A stretch of DNA of 61,494 nt, from NCBI GenBank assembly GCA_041651455.1, contig JBAZJG010000010.1, positions 1 to 61,494 on the forward strand, in the 5' to 3' direction. The stretch comes from Candidatus Omnitrophota bacterium (GTDB lineage: Bacteria; Omnitrophota; Gorgyraeia; Pluralincolimonadales; Pluralincolimonadaceae). The position numbers and the translations under genes are program-made. The notes under the pieces were generated by a model. That model did no database searches. It was not told the origin of the DNA and was given only the letters and a program-made list of their open reading frames with translations. Shown here piece after piece: positions 42,051 to 54,320 of the stretch; position 1 is the first letter of the stretch; every line of letters starts with the position of its first letter.

Positions 42051-43528
42051 TGCCTTTTCCGTTATTGAGTTCCGTAATATTCCTGCCGCTGCTTGCGGGC
42101 CTGCTTATACTTTTCGTCCCGAAGGACAGGACCGGCCTGATAAAGGGCATCGCGACTGCCGCGACCGGCATAACGCTCCTGCTGGCGGTAGCGGCCGTGC
42201 TGGGCTTCGACTATAATGAGGCCGCGATGCAGTTCGTCGAGAAGGTGTCGTGGATACCGCAGGTGAACATCAACTACCACCTCGGCATCGACGGGATAAG
42301 TATAGGCCTCGTCTTCCTGACGGCGCTGCTCGGTTTCCTCGCGTGCATCGGCTCATACGGCATCAAGGAACGCCAGAAGGAATACTATTTCCTCTACCTG
42401 CTGCTTAACACCGGAATGCTCGGGACGTTCCTTTCGCTGGACCTCTTCCTCTTCTATGTCTTCTGGGAGATAGTGCTCGTCCCGATGTACTTCCTTATAG
42501 GCATATGGGGCGGCCCGCGCAGGGAATACGCCGCTATCAAGTTCTTCATATATACGCTGGCCGGGTCGGTCTTCATGCTGCTTTCGATCCTCGCGCTCTA
42601 TTTCACGTCCAGCCCTCATACGTTCAACATGCTCGAGCTCGCCTCCTCCGGAAGCGGCCTCGCTAAAGGCCTGCAGATCATGGTCTTCATAGGTTTCTAC
42701 CTCGGATTCGCGATAAAGGTCCCCGTATTCCCGTTCCATACCTGGTTGCCCGACGCGCACGTCGAGGCCCCGACGCCTATCAGCGTGCTGCTCGCGGGCG
42801 TCCTGCTTAAAATGGGCGGATACGGGTTCTTCAGGATAAGCTACCCGATACTTAAGGACGCCGCCGTATATTTCGCGCTTCCGTTCGCGGTACTCGGGCT
42901 GATAAATATCGTCTACGGCGCGTTCGTCGCGATGGCGCAGACGGATTTCAAGAAGATGGTCGCGTATTCCTCTGTAAGCCATATGGGATTCGTCATGCTC
43001 GGGCTCGCGAGCATGACGGTCACCGGCTTTAACGGCGCGCTGTTGCAGATGTTCAACCACGGCGTCATTACCGGCGGAATGTTCCTCCTGGTCGGCGTGC
43101 TCTATGACCGCGCCCACACGAGGGACCTCGGCAAGTTCGGCGGCCTCGGGACGAAGATGCCGGTTTATTCGGGCGTGCTGATAGTGTTTACGCTCGCCTC
43201 TCTCGGCCTTCCCGGCCTCAGCGGGTTCGTCAGCGAGTTCATGTCGCTCATGGGAGGCTTTATCTCATTCCGTCTCATAACGATAATATCCGTGCTCGGC
43301 ATCGTGATAACGGCGGGGTATTTCCTTTATATGATACAGCGCGTGCTGCTCGGGCCTTTGAATAACACGTGGGCCGGCATCGCGGATATCAACAAGCGCG
43401 AGCTTTTCACTCTCGTGCCGCTTATGGCGGTCGTCATCGCCATCGGCGTCTACCCGCTGTTGATACTGAATTACCAGTCCGTGGCCATTACTGAACTCAT
43501 CCGGAACATCGGGGGATTATTCCTTTGA
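42050..43528 (+). CDS. nuoM: NADH-quinone oxidoreductase subunit M
   Basis: Motifs FPFHTWLPDAHVEAPTP and AYSSVSHMGF. The start ATG 42050 overlaps the nuoL TGA (TGATG). Confidence 0.95.
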   Translation: MPFPLLSSVIFLPLLAGLLILFVPKDRTGLIKGIATAATGITLLLAVAAVLGFDYNEAAMQFVEKVSWIPQVNINYHLGIDGISIGLVFLTALLGFLACIGSYGIKERQKEYYFLYLLLNTGMLGTFLSLDLFLFYVFWEIVLVPMYFLIGIWGGPRREYAAIKFFIYTLAGSVFMLLSILALYFTSSPHTFNMLELASSGSGLAKGLQIMVFIGFYLGFAIKVPVFPFHTWLPDAHVEAPTPISVLLAGVLLKMGGYGFFRISYPILKDAAVYFALPFAVLGLINIVYGAFVAMAQTDFKKMVAYSSVSHMGFVMLGLASMTVTGFNGALLQMFNHGVITGGMFLLVGVLYDRAHTRDLGKFGGLGTKMPVYSGVLIVFTLASLGLPGLSGFVSEFMSLMGGFISFRLITIISVLGIVITAGYFLYMIQRVLLGPLNNTWAGIADINKRELFTLVPLMAVVIAIGVYPLLILNYQSVAITELIRNIGGLFL

Positions 43529-44946
43529 ACGTCGCGGAAAGCGTAAAATTCTTCCTGCCCGAACTGATACTGGCGGCATCTGCGGTAGCGGTGCTGATAG
43601 GGGGCCTCTTTGTAAAAAAGAGGGCCGTCCTCGGCGCGTTCTGCCTCGCGGCCATACTGCTTTCCATATTATGCATGCCGCACAGCTATGAGGCGGCTGG
43701 GCCCCTCTTCTCCAACATGCTGCTGAACGACACGTTCTCGGAATTCTTCAAGGAGATATCCCTGCTTGTCATAGGGCTCGTGATACTTGTATCGCTCGGG
43801 TACAGGCCTTTCTCCGACGAGGACGCCGGCGAATACTACTTCCTGCTGCTCGCGGCCGCCGTGGCCATGATGGTAGCCGCTTCCTCGAACAACCTGATGA
43901 TGATATACATATCGCTTGAGGCGATATCACTGGTCTCCTATATGCTAACCGCTTTCCTGAAACGCAACCCGTTCTCGAGCGAAGCCGCGCTCAAGTATTT
44001 TCTCTTCGGCGCGCTGGCTACGGGGGTGATGCTCTACGGCATATCTTTCATATACGGCCTTTTCGGCACGACGGACCTTTCCGCGATATCGGGCGCGATA
44101 AACGCCGGGGGCGCGAATTCGCTCGCGGCCGCGGTGGCGCTGCTGCTGGTCTTCGCGGGGCTCAGCTTCAAGTGCGCGCTCGTACCGTTCCATATGTGGG
44201 TGCCGGACGCCTACCAGGGCGCGCCGACGCCGATAACCGCCTTCCTGTCCGCCGGGCCCAAGGCGATAGGTTTCGCGATACTCGTCAGGGTCTTCCTTAA
44301 GAATTTCTTCCCGATGTTCACCGGATGGGCGGATATAGCGCAGGTGGTCGCGATAATCACGATGACAGCCGGCAATATCATCGCGATCAACCAGGAAGAC
44401 ATCAAGCGGATGCTCGGTTATTCGTCGATAGCGCAGGCCGGCTATATCCTGATAGGTTTTGTAGTCGGGACATCACTCGGAATACAGGCGATCATGTATT
44501 ACCTTTTGGCGTATGTGCTGATGAATATAGGCGCGTTCGGGTGCGTCGTCCTCGTATCGAACTCGATCAAGAGCGACCATATCGAGGAATACAGCGGGCT
44601 CTCGAAGCGGGAACCCGTCCTCGCGTTCATGCTGACGGTATTCCTGCTCTCGCTTGCGGGCATACCCCCTCTCGCGGGCTTCTTCGGCAAGTTCCTCGTC
44701 TTTGCAGCCGCGATACAGTCGAAATATTATATGCTCGCGGTCGCCGGCGTCATTAACAGCGTATTGGCGGTCTTCTATTACGTAAAGGTCGTCAAGTTCA
44801 TGTACCTGAACGAGCCGCACACCATGGTCAGGGAACCGAAGCCGTTATCGGTGAAGCTTGCGCTGGTCATCGCGTTTATAGGCGTGCTCGCGGCGGGCCT
44901 CTTTCCGGTACCGTTCCTCAGGTGGATAGGAAGCTCCTTACTGTAA
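43525..44946 (+). CDS. nuoN: NADH-quinone oxidoreductase subunit N
   Basis: Motifs PFHMWVPDAYQGAPTP and GYSSIAQAGY. The TTG start forms TTGA with the nuoM stop. Confidence 0.9.
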   Translation: MNVAESVKFFLPELILAASAVAVLIGGLFVKKRAVLGAFCLAAILLSILCMPHSYEAAGPLFSNMLLNDTFSEFFKEISLLVIGLVILVSLGYRPFSDEDAGEYYFLLLAAAVAMMVAASSNNLMMIYISLEAISLVSYMLTAFLKRNPFSSEAALKYFLFGALATGVMLYGISFIYGLFGTTDLSAISGAINAGGANSLAAAVALLLVFAGLSFKCALVPFHMWVPDAYQGAPTPITAFLSAGPKAIGFAILVRVFLKNFFPMFTGWADIAQVVAIITMTAGNIIAINQEDIKRMLGYSSIAQAGYILIGFVVGTSLGIQAIMYYLLAYVLMNIGAFGCVVLVSNSIKSDHIEEYSGLSKREPVLAFMLTVFLLSLAGIPPLAGFFGKFLVFAAAIQSKYYMLAVAGVINSVLAVFYYVKVVKFMYLNEPHTMVREPKPLSVKLALVIAFIGVLAAGLFPVPFLRWIGSSLL

Positions 44947-44948
44947 AT

Positions 44949-46067
44949 ATGATGACAAGGATACTTGTTATAGCGATACTGCTGGCTTCCGCGCCGGCGC
45001 ATGCCGATACCGTCTATCTTAAGAATAAGGGCGTGCTGAAAGGGGTCATAAGGGCCGAGGACCCCTACCGCGTGACCCTCGCGATAGGCACCGGCACGAT
45101 GAGGATATCCAGGGACCAGATCGAATCCATCGAGAAGGCATCCGAAAAGGAAAATGCGGCGATAGAAGCCTCCGCAAGGAAGAAGGCTATCGAGAAGGGC
45201 GCGCTCGTCCCCGACTCCTTCGCGGACACGGCCAGGCAGCTCCGCGAGCTGATAGCCAGCAGGAAGGCCGCGGACGACGCGAAAAAACTGCTCGATGACG
45301 CGAAGTCCTCCCTCGCGTCAAAAAAGAAGAAACATAGGAACCTCAGGGCGAAATTCGACGCGGTCAACGGCAAAGTGGCCGGGATGGACCCGCAGAGCGA
45401 CATAATGAGCTATAACCGTTATATAACGGAAATGAACTCGCTTAACAGCGAGATCTCCTCGCTCGTAGAGGATCTCAATGCGCTCAGCGCGAAGGTGCCG
45501 GAATATGAGCGCAATTACTGGAAGGCGATCACCGAATACGGCAACGCCGTCGGGAACTTCCGGCTCGAGCTTGACAAGAAGGTCGAGGATATGAAGAGCC
45601 GCGGGATCAGCGAGGAAGAAGCCCTTTACGCGGACATAGCGTCAAAAGCTATCTCGGATATCGAGAAGGGCCTTAACAGGGACTCTGTCGCACTGACAAA
45701 AACAGCGAACGGCATGACGGTCAAGGCCGTACTGAACGGCAGCACGACCTGCCTGTTGGCCGTCGATACGGGCGCATCGATAGTAGTGATATCGCGCGAT
45801 ATAGCGCAGAAGATAGAGACGAACCCGAACGATACGATAGAAGGCGTGAATTTTACGCTTGCGGACGGCAGCACCACGCAAAGCGACGTAATAATGGTCA
45901 AGAGCATAAAAGTCGGCAATTCAATCGCCTATGACGTGCCGGTCGCCGTTTCGGACAATCCGCCGGGCCACGGCATAGACGGCCTGCTCGGGATGTCGTT
46001 CCTTGGCAATTTCAATATCAAGATGGACGTGGCCAACGGGAAGCTTGTCCTTGAGACGATAAAATGA
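44949..46067 (+). CDS. Secreted coiled-coil protein with a C-terminal retropepsin-like (clan AA) aspartic protease domain
   Basis: Signal peptide MMTRILVIAILLASAPAHA. A long Lys/Glu/Ala-rich helical middle region follows. The C-terminal domain carries LLAVDTGASIVVIS and GLLGMSFLGNFNIKMD. Confidence 0.7.
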   Translation: MMTRILVIAILLASAPAHADTVYLKNKGVLKGVIRAEDPYRVTLAIGTGTMRISRDQIESIEKASEKENAAIEASARKKAIEKGALVPDSFADTARQLRELIASRKAADDAKKLLDDAKSSLASKKKKHRNLRAKFDAVNGKVAGMDPQSDIMSYNRYITEMNSLNSEISSLVEDLNALSAKVPEYERNYWKAITEYGNAVGNFRLELDKKVEDMKSRGISEEEALYADIASKAISDIEKGLNRDSVALTKTANGMTVKAVLNGSTTCLLAVDTGASIVVISRDIAQKIETNPNDTIEGVNFTLADGSTTQSDVIMVKSIKVGNSIAYDVPVAVSDNPPGHGIDGLLGMSFLGNFNIKMDVANGKLVLETIK

Positions 46068-46079
46068 CTGTGGTATAAT

Positions 46080-46340
46080 ATGCGGGAAGAGGATAAAAAG
46101 AAGGCGGAATTCTACAGGCTGACTAAAGTCTGGGGGCTTCTCACCTTCGTCCCCGTAGTCCTTGCGGCAGGCCCACTGGCGGGATACTTCTTAGGAGAAT
46201 ACCTGGAGAAGAAGATCGGGTTCGCGCCTTACCTTTCGCTCATTTTCATGGGGTTTGGCTTCTACACAAGCGTAAGAGAGATAATAAAAATACTCAAGAT
46301 AATAAACAAAGATGACAGAGACTCACGCGGCACAACCTGA
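46080..46340 (+). CDS. AtpZ/AtpI-family small membrane protein of the atp operon
   Basis: 86 aa with two TM helices (WGLLTFVPVVLAAGPLAGYFLG, YLSLIFMGFGFY). It is the first gene of the atp cluster. Confidence 0.65.
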   Translation: MREEDKKKAEFYRLTKVWGLLTFVPVVLAAGPLAGYFLGEYLEKKIGFAPYLSLIFMGFGFYTSVREIIKILKIINKDDRDSRGTT

Positions 46341-47061
46341 ACTCCCTAACCTCGTAGGGCTCCTGGCGGAGAAGCTCGAAGGGACGCCTTTCGCGCACTT
46401 CCTTCACCTCTACGAGAACATAATATATTCGCTCATGATCGTCGCGCTCGTATCCCTGCTGGCATTCTTCGCGTCCCGCAGGAGCTCGATGATACCCGGG
46501 CGGCTCCAGCTTTTCATGGAGATCGTCGTAGGCGGGCTCGATGATTTCGTATGCGGCATACTCGGTCCGAAAGGAAAGAGGTTCACGCCGTTCATCGGCA
46601 CGCTCTTCATCTATATACTGCTGATGAACCTGATGGGGATGGTGCCGTTCCTGAAGTCATCTACATCTAGCCTCTCGACCACCGTCGCCCTTGCGATATG
46701 CGTCTTCCTGTATGTGCAGTTCACGGCAATAAAGGAGAACGGCATTATCGGATATGTAGACCACCTGATGGGAAACCCGAGGGGCGTAATAGCTTTCACG
46801 GTCTTCATACCTGTACTGCTCTTCTTCATACATATAATATCGGAGCTTGTGAAGCCGCTGAGCCTCTCCCTTCGTCTCCGGAGCAACGTCTGGGCGGAGG
46901 ATATGCTTTTGGCGGTATCGGCGCAATTCGGGATAGGGGGCGTCCCCCTCTTCCTGTTCAACATGTTCCTGACCCTGCTGAGCAGCGTGATGCAGGCGGT
47001 AGTCTTCAGCTTGTTAAGCACGGTGTATTTCGCGCTTATACTGCCGCACCACGAGGAATGA
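46312..47061 (+). CDS. atpB: F0F1 ATP synthase subunit a
   Basis: Conserved Arg region LSLSLRLRSNVWAED, with five or more TM helices. Confidence 0.9.
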   Translation: MTETHAAQPELPNLVGLLAEKLEGTPFAHFLHLYENIIYSLMIVALVSLLAFFASRRSSMIPGRLQLFMEIVVGGLDDFVCGILGPKGKRFTPFIGTLFIYILLMNLMGMVPFLKSSTSSLSTTVALAICVFLYVQFTAIKENGIIGYVDHLMGNPRGVIAFTVFIPVLLFFIHIISELVKPLSLSLRLRSNVWAEDMLLAVSAQFGIGGVPLFLFNMFLTLLSSVMQAVVFSLLSTVYFALILPHHEE

Positions 47062-47101
47062 CCGCCCCCTTGAGGGGCTAACCTTAAAAGGAGGTAACAA
47101 G

Positions 47102-47332
47102 ATGGACTACAAAGCAATGCTTTCCATATCGGTCCCGATAGGGCTGGCGATCGCCGCGTTCGGTTCCGCTATAGCGCTCGGAAAGGCCGTAGCCGCCGCG
47201 ATGGAGGCGACCGCGAGGCAGCCCGAGGCATCAATGAAGATACTCATCAACATGATAGCCGGTTGCGCCCTTATCGAGGCCCTCACGATATACGCGCTCG
47301 TGCTTTCGTTCTCTCTGCTGGGGAAGATATAA
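47102..47332 (+). CDS. atpE: F0F1 ATP synthase subunit c
   Basis: 76-aa hairpin. The loop is ARQPE and the carboxylate lies in ALIEALTIYAL. This is an H+-type context with no Q/ES/T Na+ signature. Confidence 0.92.
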   Translation: MDYKAMLSISVPIGLAIAAFGSAIALGKAVAAAMEATARQPEASMKILINMIAGCALIEALTIYALVLSFSLLGKI

Positions 47333-47341
47333 TATCCCGCG

Positions 47342-47839
47342 ATGGAACTCTTAAAGTCTTTAAGCGCTAACGAGATCGTGGCACAGGTCGTCAGTTTCCT
47401 GCTGCTGCTTACCCTGCTGCGCATATTCGCCTGGAAAAAACTGCTGAAGATGCTCGACGACAGGCGCGAGAGGATCGCCTCGGAGTTCAGGAAGATCGAG
47501 GATGCGCAGTCCGCGGTCGAGAAGCTCAGGGCCGATTACGACAAACGGCTTGCCGGTATAGAGGCCGAGGCCCGCGCGAAGATACAGGAAGCTGTGGCCG
47601 AAGGCAAGAAGGTCTCCCAGGAGATCCGGGAAGGCGCGAGGCAGGAAGCGCGCACGATACTCGACAAAGCGCAGGAGAACATCGAGATAGAGGTCTCTAA
47701 GGCGAAGCAGGAGCTCAAGGAGAGGGTCGTCGAGCTCACGCTCGGCACCACGGAAAAACTGCTTAAAGAGAAGATCACCGATGAGAAGGACAGGAAGCTG
47801 GCTTCCGACTTCCTCGACGAGCTGGAGAAGGTGAAATGA
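47342..47839 (+). CDS. atpF: F0F1 ATP synthase subunit b
   Basis: One N-terminal TM helix, then a long charged helix. Operon position supports the call. Confidence 0.85.
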   Translation: MELLKSLSANEIVAQVVSFLLLLTLLRIFAWKKLLKMLDDRRERIASEFRKIEDAQSAVEKLRADYDKRLAGIEAEARAKIQEAVAEGKKVSQEIREGARQEARTILDKAQENIEIEVSKAKQELKERVVELTLGTTEKLLKEKITDEKDRKLASDFLDELEKVK

Positions 47840-48384
47840 ACGACCGTTCGGTCGCCAGGAGATACGCCGAGGGATTCCTTGATTACGCCAAGGAGAACGT
47901 AGGCGCGAAGGCCGGGCTCGAGGACCTGATGTCACTCGGGAAGATGCTCGAAGCGGACCCCGAACTGCTGAAATTCCTCAAGAACCCGGAGATATCTTAT
48001 AAGGACAAGGCGGCATTCATAGATAAAGTGTTCACGGGGACCTTCTCGGAGCAGACGCGCGAATTCATGAAGCTTATAGTGGAAAAGCGCCGCAGCGAAG
48101 AGGCCCCGAACATCGCGCTTGAAGCAAAGGAATTTTACTACCGCGAGATGGGGATAGAGCACGCGCTCATAAAAAGCGCGAAGCCGCTCTCCCCTGCCAC
48201 GCTCGAGTCCATCAAGAAAAAACTCGAAGATAAGATCGGCAAGAAGCTCGAGGTCGAGGTCGAGGTCGATCCCTGGCTTATAGGCGGGGTGCAGGCCACG
48301 GTCGGGAATATCGTAATAGACGGCTCGGTAAGAAGGAAACTTTCCGAATTGAGGGAACATCTAATGGAAATAAAGGTGGATTGA
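47836..48384 (+). CDS. atpH: F0F1 ATP synthase subunit delta (OSCP)
   Basis: The start [13 protein letters not shown] and the C-terminal [20 protein letters not shown] are OSCP-like. ATGA overlap with atpF. Confidence 0.85.
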   Translation: MNDRSVARRYAEGFLDYAKENVGAKAGLEDLMSLGKMLEADPELLKFLKNPEISYKDKAAFIDKVFTGTFSEQTREFMKLIVEKRRSEEAPNIALEAKEFYYREMGIEHALIKSAKPLSPATLESIKKKLEDKIGKKLEVEVEVDPWLIGGVQATVGNIVIDGSVRRKLSELREHLMEIKVD

Positions 48385-48385
48385 A

Positions 48386-49921
48386 ATGGCGCTAAGACCG
48401 GAAGAAGTGACTTCAGTCATAAAGGGCGAACTGGAAAAATTCAAGTCCAAGATGAAGATGGAATCCGTCGGGACGATACTCCAGGTCGGCGACGGGATCG
48501 CGAGGGTCTACGGACTCGATGACGCGATGATGGGAGAACTCGTCGAGCTCCCCGGCGGGGTAATGGGCATGGTCCTTAACCTCGAGGAAGAGAGTGTCGG
48601 TATAGCCATCTTCGGCTCCGACGAGAATATCAAGGACGGCGATACCGTGAAGAGGACCGGCAAGATCGCGCAGGTCCCGGCCGGAAAGGCGCTCGTCGGC
48701 AGGGTCGTCGACGCGCTCGGCAACCCGATAGACGACAAGGGCCCGGTGGTCGCGGACAGGTACAGGCCTATAGAGGGCCACTCGCCGAATGTCATCCAGC
48801 GCCAGCCGGTCAAGGAACCCCTTCAGACGGGCATCAAGGCCATAGATTCGATGATACCTATCGGGCGCGGCCAACGCGAGCTGGTCATAGGCGACAGGCA
48901 GACCGGCAAGACCGCCATAGCCATAGACACGATAATAAACCAGAAGGACAAGGGCGTCTATTGTATATACGTCGCGATCGGGCAGAAGCTTTCGACGATA
49001 GTTTCGGTATCGGAGACGCTTACCAAATACGGCGCGATGGAATACACGACGATAGTCAGCGCGCCGGCCGAAGCCCCCGCCCCCCTGCAGTACCTTGCTC
49101 CATACGCGGGCTGCGCGATGGGTGAGGAGTTCATGTATAACGGCAAGCACGCGCTGGTCATATACGACGACCTTTCCAAGCACGCGCAGGCATACAGGCA
49201 GCTCTCGCTGCTGTTGAGGCGTCCGCCGGGGCGCGAGGCGTATCCCGGGGACATCTTCTACCTGCATTCTAGGCTTCTCGAGCGCGCCGCTAAACTTTCG
49301 GACGAGCTCGGCGGCGGCTCCCTTACCGCCCTGCCGTTCATCGAGACACAGGCAGGCGACATCACGAGCTATATCCCGACGAATGTCATCTCGATAACCG
49401 ACGGGCAGATATATCTGGAGACGGACCTTTTCTACGGCGGCGTCAGGCCGGCCATAAACGTCGGGCTTTCGGTATCGCGTGTAGGAGGTAAAGCGCAGAC
49501 AAAGGCGATGAAGAGCGTAGCCGCGAAGCTCAGGATAGACCTCGCGCAGTACAGGGAACTCGCGGCGTTCGCGCAGTTCGGTTCCGAGCTCGATAAAGTG
49601 ACCCAGGCGCAGCTGACGCGCGGCGAGAAGATGACCGAACTGCTCAAGCAGGGCCAGTACGAGCCGCTTCCCCTGTCGAAACAGGTTATAATAATATACG
49701 CCGGTACGAACGGCTACCTTGACGACATGCCTGTAGAACACATAAAGAAGTTCGAGGAGGGCCTTTACGCTTTTGCCGCCGAGAAATATCCCGAGATAGA
49801 GCACGAGATAGAGACCAAGAAAGAGATAAGCGACAGCACGGCCGCAAAGCTCAATAAGGCGGTCTCGGAGTTCAAGAGGCAGTTCAACGAAGCGCTGACA
49901 AAAAATGATACTATCGCTTAG
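48386..49921 (+). CDS. atpA: F0F1 ATP synthase subunit alpha
   Basis: Walker A GDRQTGKT. Motifs [21 protein letters not shown]. Confidence 0.97.
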   Translation: MALRPEEVTSVIKGELEKFKSKMKMESVGTILQVGDGIARVYGLDDAMMGELVELPGGVMGMVLNLEEESVGIAIFGSDENIKDGDTVKRTGKIAQVPAGKALVGRVVDALGNPIDDKGPVVADRYRPIEGHSPNVIQRQPVKEPLQTGIKAIDSMIPIGRGQRELVIGDRQTGKTAIAIDTIINQKDKGVYCIYVAIGQKLSTIVSVSETLTKYGAMEYTTIVSAPAEAPAPLQYLAPYAGCAMGEEFMYNGKHALVIYDDLSKHAQAYRQLSLLLRRPPGREAYPGDIFYLHSRLLERAAKLSDELGGGSLTALPFIETQAGDITSYIPTNVISITDGQIYLETDLFYGGVRPAINVGLSVSRVGGKAQTKAMKSVAAKLRIDLAQYRELAAFAQFGSELDKVTQAQLTRGEKMTELLKQGQYEPLPLSKQVIIIYAGTNGYLDDMPVEHIKKFEEGLYAFAAEKYPEIEHEIETKKEISDSTAAKLNKAVSEFKRQFNEALTKNDTIA

Positions 49922-50771
49922 GCAGATAAAGAGCAGGATAAAAAGCGTCGAGAGCACGAAGAAGATCACGCGCGCTATGCAGATGGTCTCTACCGCGAAA
50001 TTCAAGCGCAGCGAGCAGATGCTCGAAACCGGCAGGCCGTATTACCGGAAGCTCGACTCTATACTCATAAAACTCCTGCTGAGCCTGAGCCCGGAACAGC
50101 TAAAAGCGCACCCTCTCCTCGAGGAAAGGGACGGCGCGAGGAAGTTCGCGCTTTGCATGATAACATCCGACAGCGGCCTCTGCAGCGTATATAACAACAA
50201 CATCATACGCCTGACTGAGAAGATGCTGAAGCAGCACGGCAGGGAGAACGTCAGGATAATCGCGGTCGGCAGGAAAGGTTTCGTCCATTTCAGCAAGAGG
50301 GGCGCCCAGATAGTCAAGAGTTACATAGGCCTGCACGGGCGTTATTCCGCCGAGACCGCCGACAGGATCGCGAAAGACATGATAGACATGTTCCTGAACC
50401 ATGAGGCGGACGAGATATATATAGCCCACAGCCATTTTGAGTCGGCTACGAAATACAAGCCGGATATAAGAAAATTCCTGAGCATCACTCCTCCGCACCC
50501 CGTAAAGGGCGAGATGGAGTTCATCGCCGACCCGGGCATAGACGAGATACTTAAGGACCTTATACCGAGGTACCTGTCGGTAAAGATGCGGCTTATATTG
50601 CTCGACGCATTTACGACGGAGCATTCCTCGAGGATGATAGCGATGCAGTCGGCGACGGACAACGCCGTGGAACTCATAGACAGCCTGACGATGCTGAGGA
50701 ATAAGGCGCGCCAGGCCTCAATAACGAACCAGGTGCTTGAAGTGGCATCTTCCGCAGAAGCGCTTAAATAA
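49905..50771 (+). CDS. atpG: F0F1 ATP synthase subunit gamma
   Basis: N-terminus [29 protein letters not shown] and C-terminus [19 protein letters not shown]. Confidence 0.92.
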   Translation: MILSLRQIKSRIKSVESTKKITRAMQMVSTAKFKRSEQMLETGRPYYRKLDSILIKLLLSLSPEQLKAHPLLEERDGARKFALCMITSDSGLCSVYNNNIIRLTEKMLKQHGRENVRIIAVGRKGFVHFSKRGAQIVKSYIGLHGRYSAETADRIAKDMIDMFLNHEADEIYIAHSHFESATKYKPDIRKFLSITPPHPVKGEMEFIADPGIDEILKDLIPRYLSVKMRLILLDAFTTEHSSRMIAMQSATDNAVELIDSLTMLRNKARQASITNQVLEVASSAEALK

Positions 50772-52511
<1,740 letters not shown>

Positions 52512-52515
<4 letters not shown>

Positions 52516-53747
52516 ACCACATACTCCAGTTGTTGCTCGCTCTTGGCATCATTATAGCCGCCGCAAAATTAGTCGGAAGCCTGAGCGCTGCCATAAAACA
52601 GCCTCCCGTTTTCGGCGAGATACTCGTAGGCCTGTTGCTGGGTCCGAGCGTCCTTAATATGATGGGCTGGCCTATTTTCGTTCCGCACGGGACGGAGGCT
52701 GTCCCGGCAATCAGCGAGGTGGTCCACGATATCGCGGAGATAGGCGTTATACTGCTCATGTTCATCGCGGGTCTCGAGACCGACCTGAAAGGCATAATCG
52801 CCGTAGGGAAGAACGCCTTCTGGGCGGCAGTCGGCGGAGTCGTCCTGCCTATGGGCTTCGGGACATGGTTCTCGATGTATATGGGTTTCCCCTTCACTGA
52901 ATCGGTTTTTATCGGCACTATTTTGACCGCGACATCGGTCTCAATTACGGCCCAGACGCTGCTCGAGATCGGCGCGCTTAAGACTAAGGAAGGTTCGACC
53001 ATACTCGGCGCCGCGGTCATAGACGACGTGATGGGTATCATAGTCCTGTCCCTCGTCGTCGCGTTTTCGATAAACCCGCCGCAGGCGTCCGGGGGCATAT
53101 CCTCGGCCGCATTGCCTATAGCGGGGCTGGGCCTTCAGATCGCGCTTTTCTTCGCGGTGGCTGTTTTCATAGGCGCTAAATTCTTTGACGGTATACTCGA
53201 TTATGCGGTCAAGCTTACTTCTTCCCACGCCCTTTTTGCCATGGCGCTCGTCCTGTGTTTCCTTTATGCCATAGGCGCCGAGTATTTCGGAAAGGTCGCC
53301 GCGATAACGGGCTCGTATATCTGCGGCGTCATGATGACAAGGTCGAAGCATTTCGAGAAGATCGAGCATTCGGCGAAGACATTCGCATATCCGTTCTTCG
53401 TCCCGGTCTTCCTCGTCGATATAGGCCTGCGCGCGAATGCCCGAGAACTCGGAGGGGATATCCCGTTCGTCATAGGGATCGTGCTTATAGCGATCTTGAC
53501 GAAGGTCGGCGGCTGTATGGCGGGCGCTAGGGCTACGGGATTCGATAACAGGGAATCCCTGAGGGTCGGCGTAGGCATGATATCGAGAGGCGAGGTCGGT
53601 CTTATCGTCGCCGGTTACGGCCTCGGGCACGCGATAATACAGAAAGACGTCTTCTCGGCGATGGTGATAATGGTCCTGATAACGACGCTTGTCACGCCTC
53701 CGCTGTTGCGTGTGGTATTCCCGAAGAAGAAACTGATAGAGCTGTAG
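52512..53747 (+). CDS. CPA2-family cation:proton antiporter (Kef/NapA-like), membrane domain only
   Basis: Motif LLALGIIIAAAKLVGSLSAAIKQPPVFGEILVGLLLGPSVL and about 12 TM helices. ATGA overlap with atpC. Confidence 0.85.
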
Positions 53748-53750
53748 GGC

Positions 53751-54320
53751 TTATTTCCTGCTGCCCGGTTTTACGATGGGTTTTCCCGCCTTGCATAACG
53801 GGCATTCTTCCGGACGGAACGTATCTATCTTCAATTTGGCGAGCGACTTGAACGGCGCGCCGAATTTTGCCGTCCCTGCCGACCTGTCGATTACAGCTCC
53901 TACCCCGACGACCTTAGCGCCGAGACTCCTGACAAGGTCCGCCACTTCGCGCGCGGAACCGCCGGTGGTGGTCACATCCTCGATCACGATGACCTTCTCC
54001 CCGGGAGACAGCGTGAAGCCGCGCCTGAGTGCCATCTTGCCGTCTTCCCTCTCGGCAAATATCCCTTTTATCCCGAGCGCGCGGGCGACTTCATACGCTG
54101 CCGTTATGCCTCCGATAGCCGGGCCTATAACAACATTCGCCTTTTTGCCCTTGAACTTGCCGGCCAGCTCCTTGCATAATTTTGCGGACATCTTCGTATC
54201 GGCCAATACAAGCGCGCATTGCATGTAATATTCGCTGTGGAGGCCGCTCGAGAGCTTGAAATGGCCTTTGTGGAACGCGTTGCACTTCCTGAATATATCC
54301 AAGACGGCCTTTTGGTTCAA
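53751..54320 (-). CDS. pyrE: Orotate phosphoribosyltransferase
   Basis: PRPP-binding motif KVIVIEDVTTTGGSA. The TTG start forms TTGA with the pyrF stop. Confidence 0.9.
   Translation of the reverse strand: MNQKAVLDIFRKCNAFHKGHFKLSSGLHSEYYMQCALVLADTKMSAKLCKELAGKFKGKKANVVIGPAIGGITAAYEVARALGIKGIFAEREDGKMALRRGFTLSPGEKVIVIEDVTTTGGSAREVADLVRSLGAKVVGVGAVIDRSAGTAKFGAPFKSLAKLKIDTFRPEECPLCKAGKPIVKPGSRK

Noticed and set aside
47062-47101. The hairpin GCCCC-CUUGA-GGGGC between atpB and atpE as a terminator.
   Set aside because: No U-tract follows it. It sits just upstream of the atpE SD (AAAGGAGG) inside an obligatory operon. It is more likely an mRNA stability or translation-tuning element, if it is functional at all.
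48413-50005. A 530-aa minus-strand ORF antisense to atpA. Similar long antisense ORFs occur at 7582..8712, 16047..17099, 17637..18644, 19132..20145, 20174..20974, 28861..29658, 31179..32030, 33081..33884, 56715..57806, 58032..59039 and 59899..61035.
   Set aside because: All are Arg/Leu/Pro-rich with no recognisable motifs. Each lies exactly opposite a gene with clear family signatures. They are typical GC-rich codon-bias shadows.
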